In this document: in pieces, positions 21,007-31,306 of the stretch
Numbering within the stretch: the stretch's first letter is position 1
Layout: every line of letters begins with the position of its first letter
Assembly: GCA_963799845.1 (NCBI GenBank)
Contig: CAWCYI010000004.1
Location: 32,001-96,000, forward strand
Origin: an uncultured Nitrososphaerota archaeon
GTDB lineage: Archaea; Thermoproteota; Nitrososphaeria; Nitrososphaerales; CADDZS01
Reading direction: 5' to 3'
DNA: 64,000 bases
The notes under the pieces: model-generated
Seen by the model: the letters and a program-made list of their open reading frames with translations, nothing else
The model's database searches: none
What the model was told of the DNA's origin: nothing
Position numbers and translations under genes: made by a program

Positions 21007-21807
21007 CTAGGCTGTTTTCGTCGGTTGGGTGCTGGGTGCAGCTTCCATCTTTTCCGCCTGCGGCTCTGGAGAAGCAGCTTCTGCTGTTGCTTCGGGCTTT
21101 GCTTCCTCTTCTTTCTTCATCGCAGGATTTTCGAAGGTCTCAATGAAAGTCACTCTTGAGAGCGGTTTGATGAATTTGAAAAGGTCGGAGCTGATACCTC
21201 TCTTTATAATCTGCAATCCTTCGAGCAAAAAGTAATCATTCGGAATAGTGATCTTTACTTCTTCCTCACCTGCGGATTCAAACTTGATCTTGTCCTTTTC
21301 AACTGGGAGTCTGCGGTGAATCAGCGCCTGAATCTGGGCATCTCTCGACTCTACCTTTTCTTTGATATCGACGTTGTAAAGAAGCGTCTTTCCAGCGTAC
21401 TTGTGATTGAAATCAACGATCGCTCTTCCAGATTCCAGTGACCTTACGATGCCCATGCGGTTGTCAACTTCAACTTCCGCCCCTATGGACAGCTCCGACG
21501 CCTTTTCGCCAAACTTGCGGATCGGAATGCGAGAAACTTTATTCGGATCTCTCACGCCGAAGGCCTTGTCAGGAGTTAGTTCAACGTCGATGGTCTGGTT
21601 TGGATCTGCTTTCTCCAGCGCCTCATCCAGACCTTTCAAAACCCAACCCTCACCGACGGCAATCAGCCGGGGCTCGTAAGTCCTAGTCGGATCGGCATCG
21701 CCCGCCTTTTCGGCATCCTCCTTCCGGGTCGTGTCGATAATCTGTCCAGTGTCCTTGATCTTGGCAGTATAGTCGGCCAGTATCAGGGAGTCCTTCTCAA
21801 GGGTCAT
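21007..21807 (-). CDS. FKBP-type peptidyl-prolyl isomerase, long archaeal type
   Basis: IIDTT...GEGWVLKGLDEAL...DFNHKYAGKTL. Confidence 0.9.
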   Translation of the reverse strand: MTLEKDSLILADYTAKIKDTGQIIDTTRKEDAEKAGDADPTRTYEPRLIAVGEGWVLKGLDEALEKADPNQTIDVELTPDKAFGVRDPNKVSRIPIRKFGEKASELSIGAEVEVDNRMGIVRSLESGRAIVDFNHKYAGKTLLYNVDIKEKVESRDAQIQALIHRRLPVEKDKIKFESAGEEEVKITIPNDYFLLEGLQIIKRGISSDLFKFIKPLSRVTFIETFENPAMKKEEEAKPEATAEAASPEPQAEKMEAAPSTQPTKTA

Positions 21808-21842
21808 TTCAAAATTGATTTTTCTCGAATATCGTTAAAACT

Positions 21843-22993
21843 TTATGGGTGGCCGAGAGGTTTCAGAGTTTCCCAAACTGAAGACAGAGCCCCTGATGGA
21901 TCGCAATCAAACCCGAAAGATTTCAGCAATTGGGCTATCGAATCCACAGTAACCGTAACCATCCTTTCGTTGATCTCGCCCATGCTTCCAACTCTGAACA
22001 TGCTTCCCTTCAATTTTCCAAATCCCCCGGCGACTGTTATTCCGAACCTTTCGTCGAGCATTGCTCTAAATTTCTTGTCTTCTACTCCCGGCGGATAGTT
22101 TATTCCGATCACTGTCCGGGATCTGAATTCCTCCCTGGCGAACGCCTTAAGACCGAGTGATTCGAATGCGGAGTAAAAAGCTCGGGCGCACAGTTCGTGC
22201 CTGTGGAATCTTTTCTGGATCCCTTCTTCCAGCACCAGTTTCAGAGCTTCGTCCAGCGCAAAGAGAAGCGGCACTGCCGGCGTCGATGGAGTTTCGTCGT
22301 GCTCCGCGAACTGGAAGTATTTTGGGATGTCAAAGTACTGGTTCCGCGGCTTCATTCCTTGCATCGCCTTCTTTGCTTCCGGACTGAAGGAAACGACAGC
22401 GAGGCCAGGTGGCGCTGCGAGACATTTCTGGCTGGCGGCGATGCAAATATCTGCGCCCAACTTGTCCACCGAGAGATCTTCGCCGCCTAACACACTGATC
22501 GCGTCAACAACGAAGAGTGCACCGTGCTTCCTTGCAAGTTCTCCGAGCTCGACGAGCTTCCGCCAGGTAACTCCGGTGGAAGTCTCGTTAAAGACCACGC
22601 ACAACGCTTTGACCTTGTCGACGCTCTTCAAGGCCTTTTCTACTTCGGCGATCTGGGAGCTTCACCCAGTTCACATTGAGGCCTAAGTACATTAGCGCCT
22701 GTGTAACTGGCCGAATCTCCTAATCTCCCGGAAAACTCGCCGAAGTTAGGCACGACGACAGAATCACCCGTAGTGAAGATCGATCCTACGGCTGCATCCA
22801 CCCCAGCTGTTCCTGATCCGGACAGCACTAAGATTTCATTTGATGTCTGGAAAACTTTCTGGCAGTTGATCCTTACCTTTCGATACAAATCGTGGAACTC
22901 TTCGCCCCGATGGTTGATCATGGGGGATAGCATCGCGTTCGTGACTCGGTCCGGAACGTTTGTCGGTCCCGGTATCATGACGAGTTTTCTCAA
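21843..22993 (-). CDS. Class V PLP aminotransferase (serine-pyruvate/aspartate type), frameshift near 22655
   Basis: MIPGPT, GSGT, NETSTG, VDAIS, SQKCL, FRVGSMG split over two ORFs. Confidence 0.88.
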
Positions 22994-23026
22994 GAGGAAA
23001 CGAGAGAAAAGTTTCCAAGAGACTTT

Positions 23027-23395
23027 CTAAACTTTGCCAGAAACGAGCTGTTCTCGGACTACGTGAGAAAGATCCTCGACGAATTCTAAAGGAAGGGTGG
23101 ATTCCGCGGTGACAATCACTAGACCCGCTTCTACTGGAATCAATACGATCATGAATCTATCGTGGCTGACGACCGCATAGCGTACCTGACCAAAATAAAG
23201 CGACCAGGAGGCCATCGCTCCCTTGAAAAAAGTTAGATCTCTCACGAGCTGAGTTTCACCAGGATGATTTTCTTCCTTATTACGAAGCTCGCTGATGACC
23301 ATCCCCTGCCGATTGTCCATGTAGCCGAAGTAGCGGATGCGATTATCCAGACTGAGGACTCTGTCTTTCAAGTGAAGACACTCGGCAAGTTTCAA
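23027..23395 (-). CDS. Roadblock/longin-like hypothetical protein (DUF6659-like)
   Basis: VLSLDNRIRYFG...FGQVRYAVVSHD pattern. Confidence 0.55.
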   Translation of the reverse strand: MKLAECLHLKDRVLSLDNRIRYFGYMDNRQGMVISELRNKEENHPGETQLVRDLTFFKGAMASWSLYFGQVRYAVVSHDRFMIVLIPVEAGLVIVTAESTLPLEFVEDLSHVVREQLVSGKV

Positions 23396-23435
23396 GTGAA
23401 TGAAAAGTGGATTGAGCTAAGAGATAACTTTTGCC

Positions 23436-23945
23436 TCATTCCAGGCCATCGAATCTACCTTTTGCTATGATAGGATCGATTATTCTCACGACAGAGCTGG
23501 GTACGAGTCCCTTCCATTTGCCTCCCTCCACTATTCTCTTCCGCACTTCAGTCGCGGAGAATTTCGGCCGGTCCAAAAGCGGTGGTTCAATAGTCGGCAC
23601 GCCCTTTTCCTTGTATAATTGCAGCGTCAACCTGTCGCTTGAAAATACCACCTCGTATTTTGGAACGACTTGGTCGATGTAAGCTGTCCAGACGGCGTGC
23701 CCCGTGGCATCCGGTACAGGTATTATGAGATATCTGGATGGATCGACTTTCTCGTCATTCAATGTGTTTCGAATCATCAAAATCCTTTCTCCCGCGGTGA
23801 ACGGATTTTTCGGCTCGTGGCTCTTTTGCGAACTCCCGACCACGATGTAGAGATGCTTTACATTGCCGAGTGCGTATTTCACGGTAGACAAGTGTCCTAA
23901 ATGAAAAGGCTGAAATCGGCCGATGAAGATGCCTGTCTGTTTCAT
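23436..23945 (-). CDS. nadM: Nicotinamide-nucleotide adenylyltransferase
   Basis: GRFQPFHLGH, NPFTAGER, SATEVR. Confidence 0.95.
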   Translation of the reverse strand: MKQTGIFIGRFQPFHLGHLSTVKYALGNVKHLYIVVGSSQKSHEPKNPFTAGERILMIRNTLNDEKVDPSRYLIIPVPDATGHAVWTAYIDQVVPKYEVVFSSDRLTLQLYKEKGVPTIEPPLLDRPKFSATEVRKRIVEGGKWKGLVPSSVVRIIDPIIAKGRFDGLE

Positions 23946-24050
23946 TTCTGTCTTCTCATTATTGCATTATCTAACGGCGTTAGACCGTTTGAACTTGGTA
24001 TCCCGATCTCGGTTGTATTAAAAAGTGTGCCAGACATTTTTTCTTAATAA

Positions 24051-25109
24051 TTGCAGATAATCGAAATTGACGGCTCGATCGGCGAGGGCGGAGGCCAGAT
24101 TCTGAGGACATCGATAAGCCTTGCGGCGATTTTCAAAAAGCCGATCAAGATCATCAACATTAGGGCCAAGAGGAGAGATCCAGGATTGAAGCCCCAGCAC
24201 CTTCAGTCTGTCCTTGTCGCGTCGAGAATTTGTGGAGGGACAGTTCGCGGAGCAGATTTAGGCTCTACCGAGATCGAGTTCGTGCCCGGAAATGTCCGCG
24301 AAAAATATAGCGAAGTCATAGACACCGGGACAGCAGGAAGCATCTCTCTGATTGCCCAGACGATTATGCCAATTTCGATCTTTAGCAACATTGATCTCAA
24401 TGTGGAGATTCGTGGAGGAACAGAAGTCCCCAAGAGCCCTACGATCGACTATCTCGATAGGTTGGTGTTGCCAATCTACGAAAAGTTAGGCGCCGACGCT
24501 AGTCTGGAGATAAAACGCAGGGGATATTATCCAAGGGGTGGTGGCGTTGTGACCTTGAAATCGTCGAGAAAAAGAAATCCATCTCCTCTCGAGATCGACA
24601 CCAGTTTCCCGGAAAAAGTTCCTTCGAATATCCTGAGCGTTTCAAGGCATCTTCCTGAACATGTGGCTCGCAGACAAGCAGAGACCGCCGGGAATATTCT
24701 TTCACAGCATGAAAACGGAATACCGGTTATAGAAATAGATTCTTCGGGAGAATCTTTCTCTCCGGGTTCTTCGATAACAATCTACAAAAGAGGTTCATCC
24801 ACGTTTATCGGAAGCAGTTCTCTCGGAGAAAGAGGAAAAAAGGCAGAATTGGTTGGGGAAGAGGCAGCGCTGGATTTTCTGAAAGAGACCAAGTCAACTC
24901 CGAATGTTGATTCTCATCTTGCAGACATGTTGGTTACTCTGCTGAGCTGCGTCGTCGGAAAAAGCAAATTCAGAACTTCGACTCTGACTACTCACTTCAC
25001 GACTAATTGTGAAGTTGCAAAAAAACTGACGGGCTGTGAGATTCAGGTGAAAAAGTCCGAACTGTCTTGGGCCGTGGAGATCGACGGATCACCCGAAAAG
25101 CCTAATTAG
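24051..25109 (+). CDS. rtcA: RNA 3'-terminal phosphate cyclase
   Basis: [35 protein letters not shown]. Confidence 0.93.
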   Translation: MQIIEIDGSIGEGGGQILRTSISLAAIFKKPIKIINIRAKRRDPGLKPQHLQSVLVASRICGGTVRGADLGSTEIEFVPGNVREKYSEVIDTGTAGSISLIAQTIMPISIFSNIDLNVEIRGGTEVPKSPTIDYLDRLVLPIYEKLGADASLEIKRRGYYPRGGGVVTLKSSRKRNPSPLEIDTSFPEKVPSNILSVSRHLPEHVARRQAETAGNILSQHENGIPVIEIDSSGESFSPGSSITIYKRGSSTFIGSSSLGERGKKAELVGEEAALDFLKETKSTPNVDSHLADMLVTLLSCVVGKSKFRTSTLTTHFTTNCEVAKKLTGCEIQVKKSELSWAVEIDGSPEKPN

Positions 25110-25155
25110 GTAACGAGGGGATTGGAGTTTTCAGTTGCTATTTTCATGGCGTTCA

Positions 25156-25767
25156 ATGAAGTCTTACATCCCAGGCGCTACTGTTGTCGGGATTACTTAC
25201 AAAGACGGTCTAGTTCTTGGAGCCGAAAGACGTGTAACTCTCGGCGGTTTTATCGTAAGCAAGACTGCAAAGAAAACATTCAAGGTTACAGATACAGTTG
25301 GTGCGGCGTGCGCTGGGATGATCGGCGACATGCAGATTCTCATCAAAGAGCTTCAATCGTATGTGAAGATCAGGGAGCTGGAGCTTAGAAGGCCTCTGCC
25401 TGCTAACTCTATCGCGAAGTTGCTGTCTGTTATGATGTTCGAGCGGAGATTTGCTCCAATGATTACTCAGGTTATGATCGGTGGGATAAATGCAAAGCCG
25501 TCGATTTGGATTCTAGATCCGCTGGGTTCTCTTATCCCTGACGATTACGCCACCGTCGGTTCCGGAGCGGAAATTGCTATTGGTCTGATCGAAAACGGAT
25601 ACTCTGAGAATCTATCGGAAGAGGACGCAAAGGATCTCGCCGTCCGCGCGATCCGTTCCGCGATCAAGAGAGATGTTTCAAGCGGTGACGGCGTAGATCT
25701 GCTCTTTGTTACAAGAGACGGCATAAGGGAAGAGTCCACTACCTTCGTCACTCCGGCATCTTCCTGA
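25156..25767 (+). CDS. psmB: Proteasome beta subunit, non-catalytic type
   Basis: PG-ATVVG (Ala at the Thr1 position), GSGAEIAIG, RDVSSGDG. Confidence 0.9.
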   Translation: MKSYIPGATVVGITYKDGLVLGAERRVTLGGFIVSKTAKKTFKVTDTVGAACAGMIGDMQILIKELQSYVKIRELELRRPLPANSIAKLLSVMMFERRFAPMITQVMIGGINAKPSIWILDPLGSLIPDDYATVGSGAEIAIGLIENGYSENLSEEDAKDLAVRAIRSAIKRDVSSGDGVDLLFVTRDGIREESTTFVTPASS

Positions 25768-25820
25768 GTCGACGTAGAGAAAGGATATATTCCCAGATCT
25801 CCGATTATACATGATTTAGA

Positions 25821-26219
25821 ATGTCGTCCCTAATAACGGGAACTTCCGAGCAGCTCATTTTGACTGATTCGGCAGTCGAAAGAATCAAGTCACTGCTGCT
25901 CAAGGAAGGCAAGCCAGAGGCTGGCTTGAGACTATACATTTCTGGCGGAGGTTGCGCGGGCATGTCTTACGGTATGTCGATTGATGACTCCTTTTCCTCT
26001 GATGATGCTGTAGTTAGATCCAAAGGAGTAAAGGTCGTCGTTGACAAATTGAGCCTGATCTATCTCAGGGGTTCGAAGATTGACTACGTAGAGAATCTCC
26101 AGACTTCCGGGTTCCAAATAGACAATCCGAACGCGGCGTCTTCGTGCGGTTGCGGCCTTTCGTTCAAGGCTACGAAGGATGCGGCAACTCAGGCTAAATC
26201 ACTGACCGGCAGTAATTGA
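25821..26219 (+). CDS. A-type Fe-S carrier (HesB/IscA/ErpA family)
   Basis: GGGCAGMSY, NPNAASSCGCGLSF. Confidence 0.93.
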   Translation: MSSLITGTSEQLILTDSAVERIKSLLLKEGKPEAGLRLYISGGGCAGMSYGMSIDDSFSSDDAVVRSKGVKVVVDKLSLIYLRGSKIDYVENLQTSGFQIDNPNAASSCGCGLSFKATKDAATQAKSLTGSN

Positions 26220-26277
26220 GCCGTCGGCTTCCTCTCCCGAAGGTCTAATAGAAGAATCGATTTTTGTTTTAGATTAT

Positions 26278-26712
26278 ATGCTGGATCTTTTCAAACAGTT
26301 TGATCACGTGGGAATTGCAGTCCGGAATACCAATACCGCCCTAATGTTCTATCGCGACATTTTGGGCGGTGTCGTAACTACGTACAAGGAAACTGGCACC
26401 ACAGCGGACTATATGTTTACACAGCTAGTCCTGGGAAAGCAGCGGATTGAACTGTTGGAACCTCTTGGGAATGGTGAAAGTTTCCTCACAAAATTTCTCG
26501 CAAAGTGGGGAGAGGGGCTGCACCACTTAACGTTCCAGGTTGATAATGTCGAGAAAGCATCTGATTATTTGAGAGCCAAAGGATTGAAAATCACTGACGA
26601 ATTTTACGAAGATCCACTGTGGAAGACAGCGTTCATTTCTCCGAAGAGCACTTCCGGCGTGCTAATACAGCTTTACGAAACTACTCCCGGAAGCAAGTAC
26701 GACCATTCCTAG
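26278..26712 (+). CDS. Methylmalonyl-CoA epimerase-like VOC protein
   Basis: DHVGIAV, IELLEP, GEGLHHL, FISPKSTSGVLIQL. Confidence 0.8.
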   Translation: MLDLFKQFDHVGIAVRNTNTALMFYRDILGGVVTTYKETGTTADYMFTQLVLGKQRIELLEPLGNGESFLTKFLAKWGEGLHHLTFQVDNVEKASDYLRAKGLKITDEFYEDPLWKTAFISPKSTSGVLIQLYETTPGSKYDHS

Positions 26713-27983
26713 TTAGCTAGTTTTGTGGCAATAAGAGGGACTGCCATCTCGTCTTCACTCAATCCTCCGTGCCGTCCGGGTACTTCATCGTGTCTCGGAT
26801 CCACGTAAGAATTATCGATTGCATTGTGAAATTTTGGCAGGGCAACAAGATCTCCGATCCTCCCGTAAGTCTCTTCCTTTATTTTCCCCAGCCCAAAGTA
26901 CCCGTCAGAGAGCATCTGGGCAGAATCCTTAACTTCGAACCTTCCGGGATATTCCTTTTCGAAAAAGGCCTTGACCTTCTCCTGCGTTCCGGGTTTTACA
27001 CTGAGAATAGACGCTCTAGAATCACCGGTTGGAGGCAGTCTGAAGCTAGATAGTAGTTCAGGCTGATCGGCAACGTCCAGAATAGAATTTCTATCTACCC
27101 GAACTGCCCCGTGGTCTCCAGAAACTAGGAGGGTCGTTTTTCTCGCGATCTCCTTGTCCAACTTTGAAAAAAGCTGTTCCTCTACGATAGTGAAAATTGA
27201 ATTCAGTTCGGCCGCAAATTCCTCCGAGTCAGGGCCCCTGGCATGAGAAATTGTGTCTGGAGAGGCGTGGTAGACGAAATGGAAAGAATTTGCCTTTTTC
27301 CTTTGTAGATTTTTTCTCGTTCGGACCAACATGTCGGCGACGCTGTATTGCGCTTCAATCTCGGCCCCTCGATAGGTAATCCTGGAAAGTCCGCTATCAA
27401 TGATGTGTCTGGGAACATAAACAGTGGACGAAACCCCGTCTGTCGTGAGCCTTTCATGAATCGTGGGTGAATTGAAAAAGCTTCGAGAGTCGAGTCCCAT
27501 ATCGAAGAGCGACCGACCGCCCTGAATCGGAACGAATCTCAACATCTGACCGATAGTTCCAAGCTCCGAAAGAAACATGGAATATCCGATGACTCCGTGC
27601 TCTTGTGGAGTAAGACCCGTGTGAAGGGAGGACATTGCGGAGGAGGTAGTCGAGGGGAAGACCGAGGTTAGAGGAATATGAGCTGCGTTTGAGAAGATTC
27701 GGTCGTAAGACCTTACTCCAAAGCTCTCTCTGGCAAATTTGATTGGACCGGCGCCGAAGCCGTCCAGAAGGAGAAGAACCACGTTTTCGACTTCTTTGTA
27801 GGGGGTTAGTCTATCGTCATTGACTTGACTGCTCGATTCAGATCCAAAAATTGAAATTATTGTCTCTGGGATATTCGAAATACAGTGGCCGTCGTACTGC
27901 GGCTTTAGAAAAGCCAGGTTCTGGTCTGATGTTTCGGAGTAATTGCTGGGACGATTCAAAGTGTAATCTCTTGGTAGTTTCAA
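26709..27983 (-). CDS. Alkaline phosphatase superfamily (nucleotide pyrophosphatase/phosphodiesterase)
   Basis: LLDGFG, FPSTT, DTISH, SGDHG, GRHGG. Confidence 0.88.
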   Translation of the reverse strand: MKLPRDYTLNRPSNYSETSDQNLAFLKPQYDGHCISNIPETIISIFGSESSSQVNDDRLTPYKEVENVVLLLLDGFGAGPIKFARESFGVRSYDRIFSNAAHIPLTSVFPSTTSSAMSSLHTGLTPQEHGVIGYSMFLSELGTIGQMLRFVPIQGGRSLFDMGLDSRSFFNSPTIHERLTTDGVSSTVYVPRHIIDSGLSRITYRGAEIEAQYSVADMLVRTRKNLQRKKANSFHFVYHASPDTISHARGPDSEEFAAELNSIFTIVEEQLFSKLDKEIARKTTLLVSGDHGAVRVDRNSILDVADQPELLSSFRLPPTGDSRASILSVKPGTQEKVKAFFEKEYPGRFEVKDSAQMLSDGYFGLGKIKEETYGRIGDLVALPKFHNAIDNSYVDPRHDEVPGRHGGLSEDEMAVPLIATKLAN

Positions 27984-28016
27984 AGATGTAGAACTTTCTA
28001 TTGGTGAAAGAAAATG

Positions 28017-28113
28017 TGGGCGTGGGCGGATTTTCGTGCTCTCCTAAAGCTATTCGAACCGCCGATTCCCGCTGTGTGAGAGCGGTGTCTTAGACCAGCT
28101 GGACCACACGCCC
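28017..28113 (-). tRNA. tRNA-Val(CAC) with 22-nt intron at position 59/60 (intron 28031-28052)
   Basis: Cloverleaf GGGCGTG/CACGCCC-A, anticodon arm CCGCT-CTCACAC-AGCGG; BHB-like motif whose cleavage restores TTCGAAT. Confidence 0.92.
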
Positions 28114-28187
28114 TAGTTAGTGGTCGCTTTCAAAAATTAGGGTTTTAATTGTATTGATGCATTCGCTGGGAAGCGGGCAGATTGAGT

Positions 28188-28355
28188 TTACTTCTTGACT
28201 CCGAGAGCTCGATTCTTCAGCCTCAGCGCCTGGTGTTTGCATTTTCTGCACCTGGTCGCAGATATAGAATTCTTCGCACCGCATACTAGGCAAATCTTGA
28301 AGAAAAGTCTTCTCTTCTGGGCAATCTGTTTTTTCGTTGCATCTGTAATCGGCAT
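28188..28355 (-). CDS. rpl40e: 50S ribosomal protein L40e
   Basis: Manual translation MPITDATKKQIAQKRRLFFKICLVCGAKNSISATRCRKC (55 aa). Confidence 0.95.
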   Translation of the reverse strand: MPITDATKKQIAQKRRLFFKICLVCGAKNSISATRCRKCKHQALRLKNRALGVKK

Positions 28356-28550
28356 TTCTTTACTACACTTCGTTAAAGATTAGTACTCTCAGGAACTCAT
28401 CCCATTTAACCTTTGACGTACAGAATGACTCGCATTTATTCCGATACCCATTTCTTGCATATATCTGGTTATTTCTGAAGTAGATGGGGTCAGTATTAGC
28501 TTTTATGGATTCAGATTTTCAACCAAATCAAAAACTGGAGATCATTCCGA

Positions 28551-29684
28551 TTGAAGATTCATGAGTATCAAGCGAGACAGCTTTTCGAAGAGAAAGGAAT
28601 ACCTCTTCCTCAAGGATTTCTGTGTAGGACTCCTCAACAGGCAAGGGAAGCTGCTGTCAATATTGGAAGGCCCGTTGTCGTCAAGGCGCAAATTCTGGTT
28701 GCCGGGAGAGGAAAGGCCGGAGGCGTAAAGCCTGCATCCACCCCCGAGGAAGCTTTCGCGGTCGCCCAAAGTATGCTTGGTTCTACGATAAAGGGAATCC
28801 AGGTCACCTCAGTTCTAGTAGTGGAAGCGGAGAAAGCGCTGAAAGAGCTGTATCTCGGTTTCACGATTGACAGAGCAATGAGGGCAGTTACGTTGATCGC
28901 GAGCTCGGAGGGAGGCGTTGATCTCGAAGAACTAGCGAAAACTGAACCAGAGAAGATTTTTCGGAAAGATATTGACCCAATCGTCGGGCTCCATCCTTTC
29001 GAGGCGAGAGAGGCTGGATACTCTATTGGAATGAGTGATAAGTCGGTAAATGATTTCGCTACGATCTGCACGAAGATTTTTGAGATTTTCAATTCTGTTG
29101 ACGCCGATCTGGCAGAGTCCAATCCCCTTGCGATCAGAACCGATGGTTCTCTCGTAGCATTGGATTCAAGGATAACTCTCGACGATAACGCACTATTCAG
29201 ACACAAGGAGTACGACCAGGTCGACGATGAACTCTCACCACTTGAGAGGGAGGCTCACGAGAACGACCTGGCATTCGTCCAACTCGATGGGGACATCGGA
29301 ATTGTAGGAAACGGAGCCGGTCTAGTTATGGCAACAATCGATGTCGTTGCTTACTTTGGTGGGAAACCAGCTAACTTTCTTGACATGGGAGGGGGTTCGA
29401 GTGCTGATAGCGTCTACCGCGCTGTAAAGATCTGTCTCGAGCAAAAGAACCTGAAGGCGCTGTTTGTAAACGTTCTCGGGGGAATAACAAAGTGCGACGA
29501 CGTAGCGAACGGTCTCGTTAGAGCCTTGAAGGAATCCCAGTTGAAGATCCCAATAACTGTCAGAATGGTCGGAACCAATGAAGAAGAGGGTAGAAAGATA
29601 CTATCCGAGAACGGAATTGCGTATCTGGATTCGATGGAGGCCGCAGCTCAGGCTGTGGTAAAGTCTGCCGGTGAGGGAAATTAG
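28551..29684 (+). CDS. sucC: Succinyl-CoA synthetase beta subunit
   Basis: [34 protein letters not shown]. Confidence 0.96.
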   Translation: MKIHEYQARQLFEEKGIPLPQGFLCRTPQQAREAAVNIGRPVVVKAQILVAGRGKAGGVKPASTPEEAFAVAQSMLGSTIKGIQVTSVLVVEAEKALKELYLGFTIDRAMRAVTLIASSEGGVDLEELAKTEPEKIFRKDIDPIVGLHPFEAREAGYSIGMSDKSVNDFATICTKIFEIFNSVDADLAESNPLAIRTDGSLVALDSRITLDDNALFRHKEYDQVDDELSPLEREAHENDLAFVQLDGDIGIVGNGAGLVMATIDVVAYFGGKPANFLDMGGGSSADSVYRAVKICLEQKNLKALFVNVLGGITKCDDVANGLVRALKESQLKIPITVRMVGTNEEEGRKILSENGIAYLDSMEAAAQAVVKSAGEGN

Positions 29685-29699
29685 GAGTAGATTCTTGAA

Positions 29700-30578
29700 A
29701 TGACGATTTTAGTAAACAAGGACACAAAAGTACTGGTGCAAGGAGTAACCGGTAGAGAAGGTAGCTCCCATACCCTTGCGATGGTGAAGTACGGGACAAA
29801 TGTGCTGGCAGGGGTAACTCCGGGAAAATCAGGTAGCAATGTAGGTGGGGTTCCCGTGTACAACACCGTCAAACAGGCAATCGCAGAACATCCTGAGATA
29901 AATTCGAGCATCATCTTCGTTCCGGCTCCGTATAATGCGGATGCTGTTTACGAGGCGATAGATTCAGACTTGAAACTCATCGTGGACATTACCGAGCACG
30001 TTCCAGTTCACGACTCGCTGGAGTTCGTGAACTACGCAAGGGACAAAGGAGTCACCATCATTGGCCCTAACTGTCCTGGAGTAATGTCCCCTGACGAGTG
30101 CAAACTTGGAATAATGCCCGGCCAGATCTTTTCAAAGGGAAATGTGGGGATCGTCTCAAGAAGCGGAACGCTGACCTACGAGATCGCATGGGTCCTCTCC
30201 AATGCGGGTTTAGGGCAATCGACTGCGGTGGGGGTGGGTGGCGATCCTATAATTGGAATGGACACGGTGGAGATCATCGATATGTTTGAAGCCGATCATG
30301 ATACGAAGGCCCTAGTTGTAATTGGAGAAATCGGCGGAGACGCGGAAGAAAGGCTTGCGATGCAAATCAAACAGAAAGGGATGAAGAAACCAATTGTGTC
30401 TTTTATTGCAGGGCGTCAGGCACCTCCCGGAAAGAGAATGGGACATGCCGGTGCCATCGTCTCCATGGGCTCTGGCACGGCAGCCGGAAAGATCCAGGCA
30501 CTTGAGGCAGTAGGGGTCAGGGTCGCCGAGCTGCCGTCAGAAATTCCCCTGCTGGTAAGTCAGGCTATTCAGAGTTGA
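29700..30578 (+). CDS. sucD: Succinyl-CoA synthetase alpha subunit
   Basis: [23 protein letters not shown]. Confidence 0.96.
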   Translation: MTILVNKDTKVLVQGVTGREGSSHTLAMVKYGTNVLAGVTPGKSGSNVGGVPVYNTVKQAIAEHPEINSSIIFVPAPYNADAVYEAIDSDLKLIVDITEHVPVHDSLEFVNYARDKGVTIIGPNCPGVMSPDECKLGIMPGQIFSKGNVGIVSRSGTLTYEIAWVLSNAGLGQSTAVGVGGDPIIGMDTVEIIDMFEADHDTKALVVIGEIGGDAEERLAMQIKQKGMKKPIVSFIAGRQAPPGKRMGHAGAIVSMGSGTAAGKIQALEAVGVRVAELPSEIPLLVSQAIQS

Positions 30579-30738
30579 GCTCGGACTTTCCGTTGTAGTT
30601 CGAATAAATGCGTTTAGGGTAAAGAAGCCAGGGCGGATCAGTTTGAATCCAAAGCAATTCCCTAGATGCTCTTGAGACATCAGGCCTCACCAAAAACAGT
30701 TTTAAGCAAAGGCGCTCAATTTCCCTAGTGCTTCAAAA

Positions 30739-31248
30739 TTGAAAACCCCGATCTGCGCTTTCGACGCGCGCATGGGAGTCCTTTGTCCCAAGTGCGATGC
30801 AAAACTGAGGTCGGGGCAGTTGACGAAAACAGACGTCGATGTCTCTATTAAATTGACGAAAACGGCTGAAAAGTCGTCCGATATAGCGAAACTGAGCCTT
30901 ACAAAGGCAGTTCAGGTGGACGGAGATTATGTTCTCGTGGTTGAACCAGGGAGTCTAGCTCCCATGAGAAGGGATCCTTCTTTCCAGAAGACGCTGGAGA
31001 AGGTTTTGGGCGGGAAGGTCTGGCTTACTGAAGCTGACACTACTGATAGAAAGGAGCTTGAGGACCTCTTCTTTCCGGTCAGGATCGCTAACGTGAATTC
31101 GGTCTGGTTGCCGGACGGCAGCAAATTAACCAAAGTAGTAATTCCGGGGAAGAAGACCGATCGGTTCCCCCACGATACTGAAATGATCACGAGAATATTG
31201 AAAGAGACCAGAGAGATGGAGCTCATGGTCGAATTCACGAATCGCTGA
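30739..31248 (+). CDS. Archaeal NusA-like protein with N-terminal Zn finger
   Basis: MKTPIC..D...LCPKC and KH-like C-terminus (SVWLPDGS). Confidence 0.75.
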   Translation: MKTPICAFDARMGVLCPKCDAKLRSGQLTKTDVDVSIKLTKTAEKSSDIAKLSLTKAVQVDGDYVLVVEPGSLAPMRRDPSFQKTLEKVLGGKVWLTEADTTDRKELEDLFFPVRIANVNSVWLPDGSKLTKVVIPGKKTDRFPHDTEMITRILKETREMELMVEFTNR

Positions 31249-31306
31249 TTTAGGCTGTATTTCCATCTCTCAAGAAGACTCTCAATTGCAGGGTTGATTT
31301 CGGAAA

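Noticed and set aside
25156-25767. Proteasome beta subunit lacking Thr1 as a novelty
   Set aside because: An inactive second beta subunit is established in many archaea
28195-28383. 62-aa plus-strand ORF
   Set aside because: Antisense shadow of rpl40e
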